Shown here one piece after another: positions 43,879 through 56,800 of a stretch of 64,000 bases of DNA. The DNA comes from Coniocarpon cinnabarinum. Its lineage: Eukaryota. Numbering within the stretch: position 1 is the first letter of the stretch; each line of letters begins with the position of its first letter. Below the pieces are notes generated by a model. It worked only from the letters and a program-made list of their open reading frames with translations. It was not told the origin of the DNA and did no database searches. The stretch covers positions 1-64,000 of the forward strand of contig JAVECO010000044.1 of assembly GCA_051942205.1 (NCBI GenBank), in the 5' to 3' direction. Made by a program: the position numbers and the translations under genes.

Positions 43879-44745
43879 TGCTGTTCCGAGCGCAGAGTTC
43901 CGTGGGTCGCAAGCATACACTTGTTGCTGTCAATACCCGTTGCGAAGTGTACACCACATCAGATGCGTTCACCCTTCTTCTCTATCTCTTGAAAATGCAA
44001 AAGTTTGCAAATCTTGATAATGTTCGAGTGTTGGATTCTGCTCTATGAGATTCGAATACACCAGCTGCAACTGTGCCATTTTGATGCTTGGTGTCTGCTT
44101 TTAATAGTCGTCGTTTTCACGAAGATTTCATATCGAGACCCCTATCCCTCACCCCACCACGTCTTGTGACCCAACACCATTCGTCCCATCATCCACATCG
44201 CGCCTTTGGATCCTTGTTAGCTCCTGGCTGTGGTTGACTGCAGAAGCTGTAAACATACCACCAAATGTGAAATATTGCAAGCAGTAAAAAGGAACGAGCA
44301 TGTATCGACTTCTCGGTGTCTGCGGAACGTTCAATTAGACGAGCCGTGTGAAGCGTCAGGATGAGAAATCACCTTTTGCCACTGTCTTACTCCATCATGC
44401 TTCTGAAAGAGTCGTTGGTAATGAGGAACGTTGTTTTCTCGGAACACGAAGCCCCAGCTGTTGTAATGAATGATCAGATGCTATTCCCATTCTCGTGCCA
44501 GTTCAAGGCAGATGAGATGATGACAGGCGTCCTGGCTTACCGTCGAGCTATTATGCCACGCATGCTGTGCTTGGTTTAGCTGGGGAAGCTGACCACTGGA
44601 CAGAGCATAACTCCTTGGATGAAGTTGCTCGCTTGAGCTCTGAGCAAGGAATATTGTTTTTCCGGAGGATCTCTAATCCTTTGATCTCCTCGAGCATGAA
44701 TACTCTCCCTTGGAGAACTCTCAATGTAAATAATTTCACCAGTTG

Positions 44746-47274
44746 ATGCGATCTTTGTTCTTCCGCAAACATGCAGGCAAGCTTAGTCGGCATGTTTTCC
44801 CTTCACATCACCATCGCTGCTACAATTGCACAAGCACACTTTATACATCCCGATTGAGCCTGCCAAGATCTGTTCGAAATGCAAGCACCTTCGTTGGCAC
44901 TGAGAATGGCGAACTAAAAGATGGACTCTCTGGAAGGGTCAAGCCCGACATCCAAGACTCTCAAAGTTGCGACCATCGTGACAGTAAAATTTCCCAAGAA
45001 TTGGACGTTCAATCAGATGTCAATCGCAAGAATGGCGGTGACGTTGATTTGCTGGTCGACAATAACGAAAATGCGCACAACTTTGAATTCTGGATAGAGC
45101 TTCTGAAATATAGGGAGCAAAGATATGGCCTCAGTGGGGTGAAGGATATCTTCTACGGCTTGAAAAGAGGAGGCATTGTGCTTCCAACGGCAGGAGATAC
45201 GGCTGACGAGCTTTGGTCGCGCTTCATGAACGCGTGTACAAACGACAATGTCTTTCGGAAAGAACTCTGGAACTTTGCGAGAGAGCAAGCCAAGATAACC
45301 GGTTCTTGGTGGAGTAAGTTCCATGTTACGCTATTCTCCTCGATCCTGATCCAGGAGCCGCGCCGAGCAGCAGAGTGGGCTAAACGAATTCATGGCACGG
45401 AGCCAATTTGTATGGGAAAGGAAACGTTGCAGCATCTTCTCGAGCCAGCAATGTCTTCAGAGGCGTCTCTGGGCGCATTTAGATCCATCCTTCTGCGCAG
45501 TCCTGACTGCAATTTATATGGCCAACTTATCCCTGAGCTGTGTAGAAGAGGCCTTCACAAACAAGCTCTGAGATATCATTACTTCCTCGTCAAGTGTGGC
45601 GACTTGCCAACTGCGACAGCGGACGTCGAGCTTCTTGCTAAGCATGTAGCTGTCTATGGTGATCAAGTTACGTTCGACCAGCTGAGAGTCAGTCTCGTGA
45701 AAATCAACCGAACTCTTGCTGCGCCTCTCGCAAACATGCACAAGGAACGACCGGATATGCCTGGCGAACCTGTTATAGACGATGAGAATGCTGAGCCGGT
45801 CATCAGTTCGCGCAGGCCGATTAGCGACGCTACCGCAGCTCGGGCCTTTGCCACTACTGCGCTTTCTGTCAAATTCATCATCAAGGGACTGGTGAGCTTC
45901 AACTTCCAGACCCTAGGCAAAGCTGCCATGCGAGAACTTGCTGTGCGCTGTGACAGTGTCGTGGAGCTCTCTGATCATCTCGATCGTCTGAAAGTCGATG
46001 GTGTCGCAGTAGAAGATGCTGTCTACACGAAGCTCTTGCAACGACTCGCCTCAACGCGGAATCAATCAATGTTTGAAGCCGTTAAAGAGAGTGACATGCA
46101 TCCTGACGTCTACAGCGATCGCGACCTGCAGCTGCTTCTACTCAAACAGTATTCACGACAAGGCGATTGGTTTCAGCTGCATCGTACGCTCACAGTATTG
46201 ACTACGCTCTATCACAATCCTTCAGAGCAGGCATGGAACATTTTGCTGCGCGGATACATGCAGGACCGGGACTGGCACATGACCGACGCTGTTCTGGGTG
46301 ACATGATCGGCAACGGTGTCACTGCCACGGAGCAAACCATTAAGAAGTCTTTTTTCATGCTTCTGCCTACTCGTAACGCGGGCAAAGCTGCGGACACGCT
46401 GCTCCTACCCTCCGGCACAGACGCGCTCTCATTCTTGACCTCTATGTGGCTCAGGATTAGCGGTTCGGGGGGGCGAGTTCCTCCGTACGCGTGGCGTCAA
46501 GTCTTAAATCATTATGGAATATCGGGGCGCTTTGATGAGCTGGAATCTCTCGCATATCAACTAGCTTGGATGTACGGTCCTCAAAACAAATCAAACTCAC
46601 CATCTGCTGAAAGCTATGAGACGCTTGATCCGGAGACGGTGCACGAGAAGAAGCACACACTTCGTCGTATACAACGCTTTCGACCAGGGGATCAAACGCA
46701 GCTCGGATTGCAAGAGATATTTACACCACTAAAGCAGCGCGCGATCGTTGAGTGGGGTTTCAAAACTCTGAGCGGAAACGCACCAACGGTGCATGAACAA
46801 CGCGATCTACGTCAGATGCTACCACAAACTGAATCAAATGCACTCACCCAAGCACCTCAAAGGTCTATGCCGAGCCACGATTCAACTTCCCAGTGGGACC
46901 GAGGACTTCGCCTTCTCAAGGGTTTGCAGGTATATGGACTTCGTTTGGATCTGGCGCTCGTCCAAAGCACCGTCCGGCATCGGCTGCGAGTGCTTTTTCA
47001 TCCGGATTACGCGTCGAAGAGGCGAGAAAACCGCAATGCTCGAGGACGCAATCCATTTGATCTCTGTACCATGATCATGCGTATCAACGACGTCCTTGAA
47101 CAAAACGTATTAGGTATTCCCACTATTGTGCTCCAGAACTCAAAACGAATATCGCAGCCAAACCTTGCTAGAGTGTTACTCGGGCTGAGGCCGCAGCCGG
47201 GCTCACGTTCTCTACCTGCTCTTCATGCGCCTCTGAGACAAACAAAGGTCATCGAGGCAAGTCTGCGTCAGTAA
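44746..47274 (+). CDS. Mitochondrial pentatricopeptide-repeat (PPR)-like protein
   Basis: 842 aa from the ATG at 44746. Basic presequence-like N-terminus and PPR-like helical motifs (LYGQLIPELCRRG, AWNILLRGYMQDRDW...VLGDMIGNGV, AWRQVLNHYGISGRFDELESL). Confidence 0.8.
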   Translation: MRSLFFRKHAGKLSRHVFPSHHHRCYNCTSTLYTSRLSLPRSVRNASTFVGTENGELKDGLSGRVKPDIQDSQSCDHRDSKISQELDVQSDVNRKNGGDVDLLVDNNENAHNFEFWIELLKYREQRYGLSGVKDIFYGLKRGGIVLPTAGDTADELWSRFMNACTNDNVFRKELWNFAREQAKITGSWWSKFHVTLFSSILIQEPRRAAEWAKRIHGTEPICMGKETLQHLLEPAMSSEASLGAFRSILLRSPDCNLYGQLIPELCRRGLHKQALRYHYFLVKCGDLPTATADVELLAKHVAVYGDQVTFDQLRVSLVKINRTLAAPLANMHKERPDMPGEPVIDDENAEPVISSRRPISDATAARAFATTALSVKFIIKGLVSFNFQTLGKAAMRELAVRCDSVVELSDHLDRLKVDGVAVEDAVYTKLLQRLASTRNQSMFEAVKESDMHPDVYSDRDLQLLLLKQYSRQGDWFQLHRTLTVLTTLYHNPSEQAWNILLRGYMQDRDWHMTDAVLGDMIGNGVTATEQTIKKSFFMLLPTRNAGKAADTLLLPSGTDALSFLTSMWLRISGSGGRVPPYAWRQVLNHYGISGRFDELESLAYQLAWMYGPQNKSNSPSAESYETLDPETVHEKKHTLRRIQRFRPGDQTQLGLQEIFTPLKQRAIVEWGFKTLSGNAPTVHEQRDLRQMLPQTESNALTQAPQRSMPSHDSTSQWDRGLRLLKGLQVYGLRLDLALVQSTVRHRLRVLFHPDYASKRRENRNARGRNPFDLCTMIMRINDVLEQNVLGIPTIVLQNSKRISQPNLARVLLGLRPQPGSRSLPALHAPLRQTKVIEASLRQ

Positions 47275-48085
47275 GGGGCACTGATAATCATTGCAAAGGA
47301 GATCGTGTGAGATGACAAAAACTTGACTGATTGGGTCAGCAGGACAGATGGAGGAACTAAAGCATCCTCGACCTCGAGATGCGCGTAGACAACGCCTTTG
47401 AGGTGAGGCTCCATCATCACTGTGAGACCTTTGGCGCAACGAAGTCACGCGACCAGAAGACGAATCTTATTCCTGGTGATGTTAATGGAAAGTACAAGAG
47501 AAGAAGAAGGCAACGAGTCGTTAACTCGATTCGATCCGTTGGTGGCGTGGAGAACATCGCTCACACCACGCTCACACCGGTATGAGTCCGGTTGGCATAG
47601 GCGGATGGAGTGCTGAAGTAGCTGACGAATGGCAAGGAATGAAAGCTAATTTGCATTATTAGATATCTTGATCGAGTCCACGCATCCCACGACCCTCCTG
47701 CCGTGACTACCGTTTCGCTTTCGACGTGACCGTGGCCGCTCATGCACTACGCTGAATATATGCATTCCTCCAGTAACTGGACTCGTGCTCTGAGGGCTGT
47801 GCTACAACGTACTGTCGTGCAGCTTCGCAAAAGACCCGCTGAGGCGACAATGTCATTTGTTGGTTGAGCTTGTATCAGACTATTAAAGCTGGTGGTTGAC
47901 AGGTTCTGCATAATGATACAAGATCTACGCCCAAATAACCGAGCAAACGTTCCTAAACGCCTGATTGAACATTGGTAAAGTCACGATATCTAATCAACAT
48001 TAGCTTATCATGTTCACAAAGACTTGCGGTAGGACTCCATCTTACCCTTTCAAGATTGTGTCAGCTTCGACAACTGCTGGCGCTG

Positions 48086-48286
48086 TCAACTCTCTTGGCG
48101 CATTCTAGCACAGCCTTTGCAGTCAGCCGGTTGTGGCTTCCGAAACCTTATTTCAGTGGGATTGCGTGTACACGGTTTCGAATCAGGTTCGCCCGCCTCG
48201 AAATCCATCATTGTTGAACATTTTCGCTGCCCAGTATGGAATATCCATCCACATCGTTCGCAGTAAAAGTTATCCAGATAGCACAT
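48086..48286 (-). CDS. Small Cys-rich putative metal-binding protein (66 aa)
   Basis: ATG start. MC-x6-CERCG-x3-H...C...C...CKGC (7 Cys, two CxxC pairs), no signal peptide, and a TATA-like TTATAT about 92 nt upstream on the minus strand. Confidence 0.6.
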   Translation of the reverse strand: MCYLDNFYCERCGWIFHTGQRKCSTMMDFEAGEPDSKPCTRNPTEIRFRKPQPADCKGCARMRQES

Positions 48287-51200
48287 CCTTCAGTGTCGAA
48301 ATATCTCGGACTCTTGCTGGCGGCCAGGGACGTTGCTGAATTAACACTTTGGTGAGGTTTGCCTAGCGGGGGATTGATATAACCTCAACGAGAATGACAG
48401 GGAAAGAGTGGAGGACATGTTGAACTAAGAAAGCGGGCATGTAAGAAGGCATCCAAAGTGTTAGGAGTCAAACGCTGCAACGTCCACAAGACGTGCGACC
48501 AAGAAACTCTGCACGCCCTGATTTGCTCGAATACATTTTGTGAAACCCGTGAGTGTTCATGCCGAGATAGCGAAGCAGGCCTAGATGTTGGGGGTTATCG
48601 GGGAATGGCGAGATGAACAGGACGAAGAGCCAAGAAGGGGGCTGTGTTCATGTTGGACAGGTGCAAACAGCAGCATCGATATGTTGACGACTAGGAGTGT
48701 TCGGCCGGCCACGCGTAAAGCTCTTCTGCATGATGAACTGCTATCGGATTTGGAGACACGAGGAGAAGCAATTGGTAGGATCAGGACTTGAGAATCGCTG
48801 TGAAGTGTGTTAATTTGATGATGGGGATCATCGAGCATGAAATCGGCACGTGGTCTAACGAGACGACTTTTGTTTGCAGCACTATCGTGCAAAGTGACTA
48901 TCAACCACTGTTCCATGTGTGAACTATCCCAATTTTTGAATCCCTTAAACATTTCTTCCATCAGTGCGAGGATCACTAACTGTACAGTAAAGGACACCAA
49001 GGAAACAACATGAGTGTCTATCTCAGCACGTCGCCTCGCTGCATGTCCTCAGAAGCTGAAATCCTCGCCACGGAATCGTGTAAGCTGCGCAGCTGCGAAG
49101 CGACGTGGGCAAATGCGCTCAGTGGCGAGAACCAAGCAAGGACAAGTGAGAAAACGAAAGCCAGAAAAGCAGGCTATAAACGAAATCATAAAGTCATAGA
49201 CACATTTTCAGCCTATCCTTGCCATTAGGCTACACGCGAGAATTTGGAAACCTTTGATTTCGTTGAGCTGGGCACTAAGCGCGGCTTTGGAAGATTGAGA
49301 GTTGCGTATGTTTGAGCACAGATACAATGGAGTCAGCAACCTTTGCTCTCAGTGGCGTGTCCTGGCTTGAGCATTTGTTGATACGATATATTGCACCAGT
49401 ATTGCTACGAAGATACTGATGCGCTTCAGTGCCGTTGCAGTCTAGTACAAAACTCAACAGTGCCGGCATTTGTTTGATTCCCTCCTGCAAGGCAGAGACT
49501 AATACTTGATAGCTCGAAGGTTTTGCGAAGAGAGCTTTGAGTCCGGACTTGATATCGGGGCTTTTGACATCAATGTTGATAGAGAAATTTTTGGTAATTC
49601 AAGGCATCTGAAGTTGCCGTTGGAGAGACTACTGCTGGAATTAGCAGAGAGACTGGGCGGGACTGCTGAGAAGTTTGCTCGTGCAAGAAATGGGGGAGGC
49701 AAGTTAACATATGGAAGAGACGAGAATCCCACATCGTCAAGAAACGCAGGAGGTATTGTTTCGCCGTACATATCGTGATTAACATTTACTCGTCATGATG
49801 GACGTGATCAGTACACACTCTTCGCAATTGTTGAGCGAAAACAACGTCCTTCACGATCGAGTCTGGCCACGTTGGTCTAGTAGGTAACTAAACTTTAACG
49901 ACACGTAAAATTCCGAGTACTTTGTGACCGCGACTCACGACGCAAAAAGCATATCATCGAATTCAGACCTGCCCTCAATGATACAGCTCTCGCCCTTATT
50001 TTATCGATTGCCGATACTTCACAAGTGTTCATATGTTTCGAATGCAGGTCGGGCAAGCAAGAAAGGAAAGGGGCAAAAGGCGCGAAAACAAAATGCATAC
50101 GCCAGGAAGCGTTCCCGCGTCGTCACCGACCACAGTACTACCTCCCCGCTCGCGGGCTTCAGTAAGGCAGATCTGACGGGATGCCCTCTTACCCCGTGGC
50201 CGTGGGCGTATGCGATATTTTATTATTGAAATTGAATATATAATGAATGAACTTTGGCTACGCCTTGAGTTCGCGAATTCAACAAGATTGATGGCTGGAA
50301 ACGAAATTTCAGCTCTAAAGGAATGCATTGTGTAGTGTAAAGTAAAAGTTGCATTGGATAGTATCCATTCACTGCTGTAACATCAACATAGAGAGCAAGG
50401 GGACAAAGCTGATAAAATTCAAGGTAGAACACGAGTTACGCTCTACACTCGCGGTCCGTGGGTACAGTCTAAATCACATTAGGAAGCCATGGCGAACATC
50501 TTGGAGCTTTGAGGATTGTGACGACACTAGCATCTATCGGAATGCTGTGATTCTTGTATCATGGATTTGTCTTGACATGTTACTTCTAAGAGCCCGTGGA
50601 CTTGAATTCTGAAGCTTGATTCGATTGGGCTGTAATCAAAAGGTGCCTGCGAATGCCGGATTTATGCCAGTAGAGCGAAAGTCGGGCAAACGTATTTTGA
50701 TCACTGCAATTGGAGTATAGTTCCGAATATAAGGTATTCCCATTTTTATCGAAGAAGGAGAGGCGCTTTGTTAACGCCATGCCTTCAGTCAGAGGTCTCT
50801 AATTTTACTAGAAAAGCATGCGCAGCACAAGATCAAGGTGGCTGCTTGATTGGCTCGGAGTTGACCGGCAAATTGCTTTCAATCATAATGACCTTAAGTC
50901 ACTTAAATCCTTAGCAGCTCAAACCATTAGCAGCTAATCTTTGTGCAAGCTGGACATGCCTCACTCGTGGCTGACTTGCTGCACTACTACGTTGCGCAAG
51001 CATAATGCATATCTAAAAATAATTCAATAGAAGATGCTTAAGTCGTTGCTGAGCTGTTTACAAGGACCGCATAAGCTTCTCATTTTAAACGCATGAATAT
51101 ATCAGACACATCCTTTGGGCGCTCAACCAACGAATGAGAGAGAGCATGGGCAAGATTTTTGAATAATTGACTGCCAGCTCGTGAGTTTTGCAAAGTCCTG

Positions 51201-52192
51201 CTGATCCATGACTCTGGGGACGGAGAAGCAACTTTCGTACACACGTGCAATACTTGAGAAAAGGTCTGACGGATTTGCAAGGGAATCAAGGTAGCGTTTT
51301 TGGTGGTGAATACATTCAAATAAAGGACGACCCAGATCCAGAACGCTCAAATCATACGAAAGACGACAACGAAGTTGTCGTTGCTAATTTCGCCAGGCTC
51401 TGAGGCTGTCTGCATTCTCTAGTTTTCATCTTGCACTGCCAATTAAAATATTAGCTGTTAGTACCAGATGCCGTAACGTATCAAGTCTTCGAAGAGCTCG
51501 AGGTGAGTTAGGTCACGTGACGTCCGGAGATACATGTGTACACCGTGCAGCACGTCGCAGCTTGTTTCCGATCGCATACCGCTATGGCGCAAGCTGAAGA
51601 TCGATCCAAAGAGCATTCGACGAGTCTGTTGACACTTTTGAGGATTGCTTCATGCAGTAAGCGATGCGCGAGTGGCCATAATGCAAATACTTCCTGTAAT
51701 GGTTAACTTCTCTTTATCTCTGCGTGTTAATTACTAAATTAAGAGCATTGCATGGATTGGTGGCGCTATCTATTCTTAAATGAATATATGGCACTGTTTA
51801 CGCAACGTCCGTTTCAGAAGTGTACCTGGTTTGGAATCTGATCAGCAGCGAAATTGTCATGCGGACGGCGCTCTCCGTTATGCAAAGCACACGTCAGTGT
51901 CTTGTTTTTGATGGATAACAACGGGGATCGTGCCAAAGAATCGAAAGGACACTTATGCCCCGATGTTGATGCAGACCTCCCGAGATGCTCTTGTGCGACC
52001 TTTTAGCTACGCCGTCTGATGTTTTGAAGCTCTGCAACTTATTTGAAGCATCCGTTAATTCGTTGTTGTAGCACTTATAGCTTTCGCGATCTCTCTGTCT
52101 GAGTCCACAACTTCCATCGTGTGGATCACTTAATAGGAATCTGCTGGTCCTACTACACTCAGCGTCTTAGTTACACTTGACTCTTGTGAGTT

Positions 52193-53029
52193 ATGCCACG
52201 CACGGGAACGCCCGAGCGTTTCTCGCTGGGCGAGCCAGACTTCATCTTCAGCTATCAAACAAAGCTAGTACTAGTCTTCGATCATGAGACGAAGGAGTCG
52301 CACGCGCAAATTCGCCGTATTATGCAGACAGAAGCAGACTCACCCGTGGAGATTGTTAACTCAGTATGGCAGGAGGGCGGAGTAGGTGTAGGTCGCTTTG
52401 AAAGGTGTACAACTTGTAAGTTCTTTTGCTCAAATACTTTGAAATTAGTTGGCCTCTCCGTTCCGAAGCTGATGCTGGTTCACAAGATTTGTCATCCCCG
52501 CGTCACGATGAAATGGCCAGGGTAGTTCATTGGCGCAACCGTGGTATCGCCATCCAATGCCATGCGCTCCCAGAGCGTGTTTTGAGGCATCGTGTCACGA
52601 TGCACCAAGGACTTCCCCAAATCTGGTCACCAGAGCACCCCTTGATGGCACCTGCAGTATCCACCACAGCGCAGCGACTTGACTATTTTGCGAGACTTGA
52701 GCGCCACGAAGACCAAGATCAGGTGACAATACGCTTTCATAGGCTCGGGATTCGCGGTATGCGGCGTGCAGATCAGGCACGGAACAAATTCACCTATGAA
52801 TTGACCAATATCCCGCCTCGGTGTGATCTATTACTAGTGAGTTTAAAATTGTGTGTACAAGATGGGTTTCATGATTTGGTGACTGATCATGCACCGTTTG
52901 CAGATCATAGCGATCCTTCACGCCTTGCACGAGTCGACCTTCATTAACGATGTGCACATACTGGATAGCCGCAATCTCGAACATCGGCTAGAGGAGTGGC
53001 TCGCACCAGGTACAAGATTGCGACGGTAA
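52193..53029 (+). CDS. Hypothetical protein (232 aa); exons 52193-52415, 52487-52836, 52904-53029
   Basis: Introns GTAAGT..GCTGAT..AAG (52416-52486) and GTGAGT..ACTGAT..CAG (52837-52903) join three open frames into one 699-nt ORF ending ...PPRCDLLLIIAILHALHES...RLRR*. Confidence 0.7.
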
Positions 53030-53869
53030 GAGGGCTTTTGGATGCAGGACAACAGGGTCATGGTTTCTTTTCGGTGTTGATGTCGAAAATATTGGTGCAT
53101 TCAATGTGGCTACAACTGCTTTATCATGATACGAGCGTCGTGATTCGCAAATCCCGTGCCATAACGTTGCTGCAGACCCTCACGAACAGGAACAATGGAA
53201 AAGAAAAGTTCGCAAGTTCATCTTTTGCATAATCTTGCCACCAAGCGCGAAAGTCTTTGAGACACCAAGGCAAGCCCCTGACTCTTTTCGCTCCCACGTT
53301 AGGATGCAGAATACGGTGATCGAAAGTCGATGAAATACAGAGAATTTGTGTGTCTTACACGAGGGAGGTGGTGGTGCTGAGCATCGCTCAACCAAGACCA
53401 CGGGTGTGGGACTGCTCAAAGGTAGGTACCTAGGGAGGTTGTCATTGAAAACCCAGACAGCACGTGATTACATTGTTTTAAACCTGTTATATTCGAGTAA
53501 TTGGCAGCAAAGATGAAAATGACGCGCCCTGCCCAGACGAGCCGAGTTTCAGACGTCTTGGCCGCCCGCATGGAAAATGGAAGTCATGGGGATACGACGA
53601 AGCCTCAGTGCAGCTTGTAGCGAGCTGACTGCTTGTCGTACCTTCATTCTTCCTCTCCCTCACTTCACTTATTCGCCTCTCGTTCCCACTATCTCCACCT
53701 CCCTCACGATTCGGACGCCGCCTGTCGTTTGACCACTGTCTACTCCATCCAAACACCGCAGCGACGAGCGCATCACGAATGTACAGCTCCAACTCGCAGG
53801 GCGCAACTCCTGCAAGAGCTTGCTGATCTTCTCCGCAATGGACTCAATGCTACGGACCGGTCTACGACA

Positions 53870-56800
53870 ATGAGTGGGCCACCATTGCCTCCCCGATCCT
53901 CCCAGTCCCCTCACTCCAGCTATAATCCTCAAGCCTATGCGCAACAGCCTTCTAGTCCCCGCGCTCCGTATCAGCCTTACTCGCCGTATCCTGCTCCAAA
54001 CTCACAACCGCCGTCTCATCAACCGTACAATCCTGCCGCATACCAGGACAATACTATCGCCGGTTTTGCAAACAACATCTATGGCCCTGCGAGCCAAAAC
54101 GTCTCTTCTTATGGCCCCCGTGGTTCCTCCCAGTCTTCTTCGCCCAATCTTCCCCAAGGATACCCTCCCACCTCACCTACGCAGCAGTACGCCCCGCGTA
54201 TAAGTACCGGCAGCTCGTACAACCGATCCGCCTCGCACCGTTACAGCACCTCAGCGCCGCATCCGTATCGACAACCCTCTTCTGCCCAGTACTCCCCAGG
54301 TCCGTCCCCCGCCACATATTACGACGCGTATCAGCACCAGCCGATCTCCCCTGCAACGCGCTTTCCAGCTCCCCCACAGCATTCGCCGTCTCCAGACTTT
54401 TACGATCATCGCACCCCTCCTACCGTAGCCGGCCGCAATGGATCTGGCGCGCACTTCAACTCAGCCTTTGCCCCTCCGACCCCACCAATGCCTATGCCGA
54501 ATCCTGAGCCATATGTACATGCTGTAGAAAGGCAAGGGTCGAATCGACATCCCCAGTCTCGACCGCTGCCCGGTCCGCCCGCGCAGCCATCACCTTACGC
54601 GGCTCAGCTAGATCCAGATGAAGGTTACGAGGAAACTGTGGACGACGCAGAAAGGCGGACGGACGACCTTTTCGACGAGGTAGAGAGATCGCTACTGAAT
54701 ACGGGCACCTTCACGAACCATCAAGCGGCGTCCGCATCATATCTTGATCAGACGACCAACGGTCATTACGAACCTACCTCGGCGACATCCGTACGAACAT
54801 ACTATGATGATTATGACGATGACGACGATGCAGACAGCGACGCAGAAGCTGCCGCTGGCCTTGAAGCGATGCGCATTGCTGAGCAGCAAGAAGAGGAAGA
54901 TCGACAACGGCGTAGTCGAAGTTCGAGTTACATGACTAATGGTTTCAACGAGTACGAGCAACAAGCGCAGGCAGGAGAGGCTTTCGAGGACGAATATGAT
55001 TACGCTGGCTATGACATGAGCGCTCTGGCTGGTGGATTTGCGGTGCCCATGTCACACCGAAATGCCGCAGGCCTATCAGCAACGAGCCCTGTCTCGCAGC
55101 GCAATCTCGGCCAGCACCCATCTGGAAGCTCTCACCGGACTGCGCGAACAGAGTCCAGCGGAGCTACCATGCGCACGTCCAGTCAGACGTCGATCACAAA
55201 TATGGCAAGCCCTGGCTCGTTCTCGCGGCGATCAGGTACGGCAGCTAGAGTCGACGAGTCAGGGACCGGAGGACTCTCTGATCCGACCGTGACGGGTAGG
55301 AAGATGAGCTTCGAGAACGACGATCCCGCGGAACGGGCAATCATCATGCAACAGGCTCAGCAAGCACATCAACAAGGTGGTATACCTGGCGACGCTATGG
55401 TACCTGAAACGTTTTATCAATATCCTTCTCACTCAGGTCCACGACCTCTCCCATCAATACCAGCCTCGACCGAATACCCTGTTGCGGATCCCGCAGCATA
55501 CGTGCAGCATGCGTCAATACATGGGACAGGCTTTCCACGTTCGCAATCCCTCGTCAGTACTAGCACCACACAACAAGCCATAGCGCCAGCACGAGCAAAG
55601 ACAGACGCTGAAGAGAAGCGTAAATCGGTGCTGAGAATACAAGCAACGGGAACAGAGTCCTCCCCTGTCACGCCCATGGGTGGCCCTGATCTGCCTACAA
55701 TACCCGCGGGGAGGAGAGTGCAACCTTCAAAGCTACGCGATGCCGACTATGACCGATGTGTCGAGCCTTGGGCACTCAGCTCCCTCACAAGATGGTTACG
55801 AAGCATTGCGGAAGGCGATCCCGAACTCAAAAGCCACATGATCGAAGAGATATTAGTAAATTTGTTCACATCAAAAGTCAGCAACATTAACATACCCGTG
55901 GCTGAAAGCCTGAGTCAGCACGTGTTACAAGTCATGTATGCAAGTAACACGCTCATTCAGGATGAAGAGTGGCTGCGATTTGGTTATGGTGAGCCAACGG
56001 GAGTGCTATATCAATTGACCGGGAGAGGTTGCTATTCACAAACCTTACACAACTACGAGAATTCCGGTCGATGTTACTCGTACCATTGCCAACGAACTGT
56101 GAGAAAGATTGATGTGAATGACGGCTCATCACCGGGACCGGTGGACTGGGCAACATATTACAGCATCACCAAAGAGGACATCGCTGACGTTGACAAAAAG
56201 GAAGTCGAACGTCAGAACAATCTGCACGAAGTTGTGCAATCAGAATACAAATTTATCAATGATCTCAAGCTTCTGCGGACATTGTATCAGGATGGTTTAG
56301 AACATAGCCAACCCAGCATAGTTCCTCCCAAAAATCTCGACTTGTTCATCAAAACCGTTTTCGGCAAGCTTGCAGCGGTGCGAAAGGTGAACGAAGAATA
56401 CTTGCTCCCTCAGCTTCTTTACCGCCAAAAGGAACAGGGACCATGGGTCGTTGGTTTCAGCGACATCTTTCGTGACTGGATACGCAAGGCCAAACCTGCA
56501 TACATCGAATACACTGCTAATTTTCCTAATGCTGAATTCATGATTCGGCAGGAGGACCGCCGTAATACGATGTTTCATAATTTCTTGGACAGCGCTAGAA
56601 ATGACTCTAGAGCGCAACGCCTAGCTTGGGATCACTACCTCAAGGCACCCATCACCAAGATCCAACGATATTCGCTTCTGTTGCAGGTCGTTTTGAAAAA
56701 TATGAAGCAGGATTCCGAAGAGAAGCAAAATCTACAGCTAGCAATTGAGGAAATTCAGGAGGCCACACGAGAGTGCAACGCTCGACTGGCAGACGAGACG

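Noticed and set aside
47300..52190. RIP-degraded transposon as the explanation of the gene-poor block
   Set aside because: No terminal repeats, no transposase or reverse-transcriptase remnants and no extreme TpA enrichment are evident by inspection.
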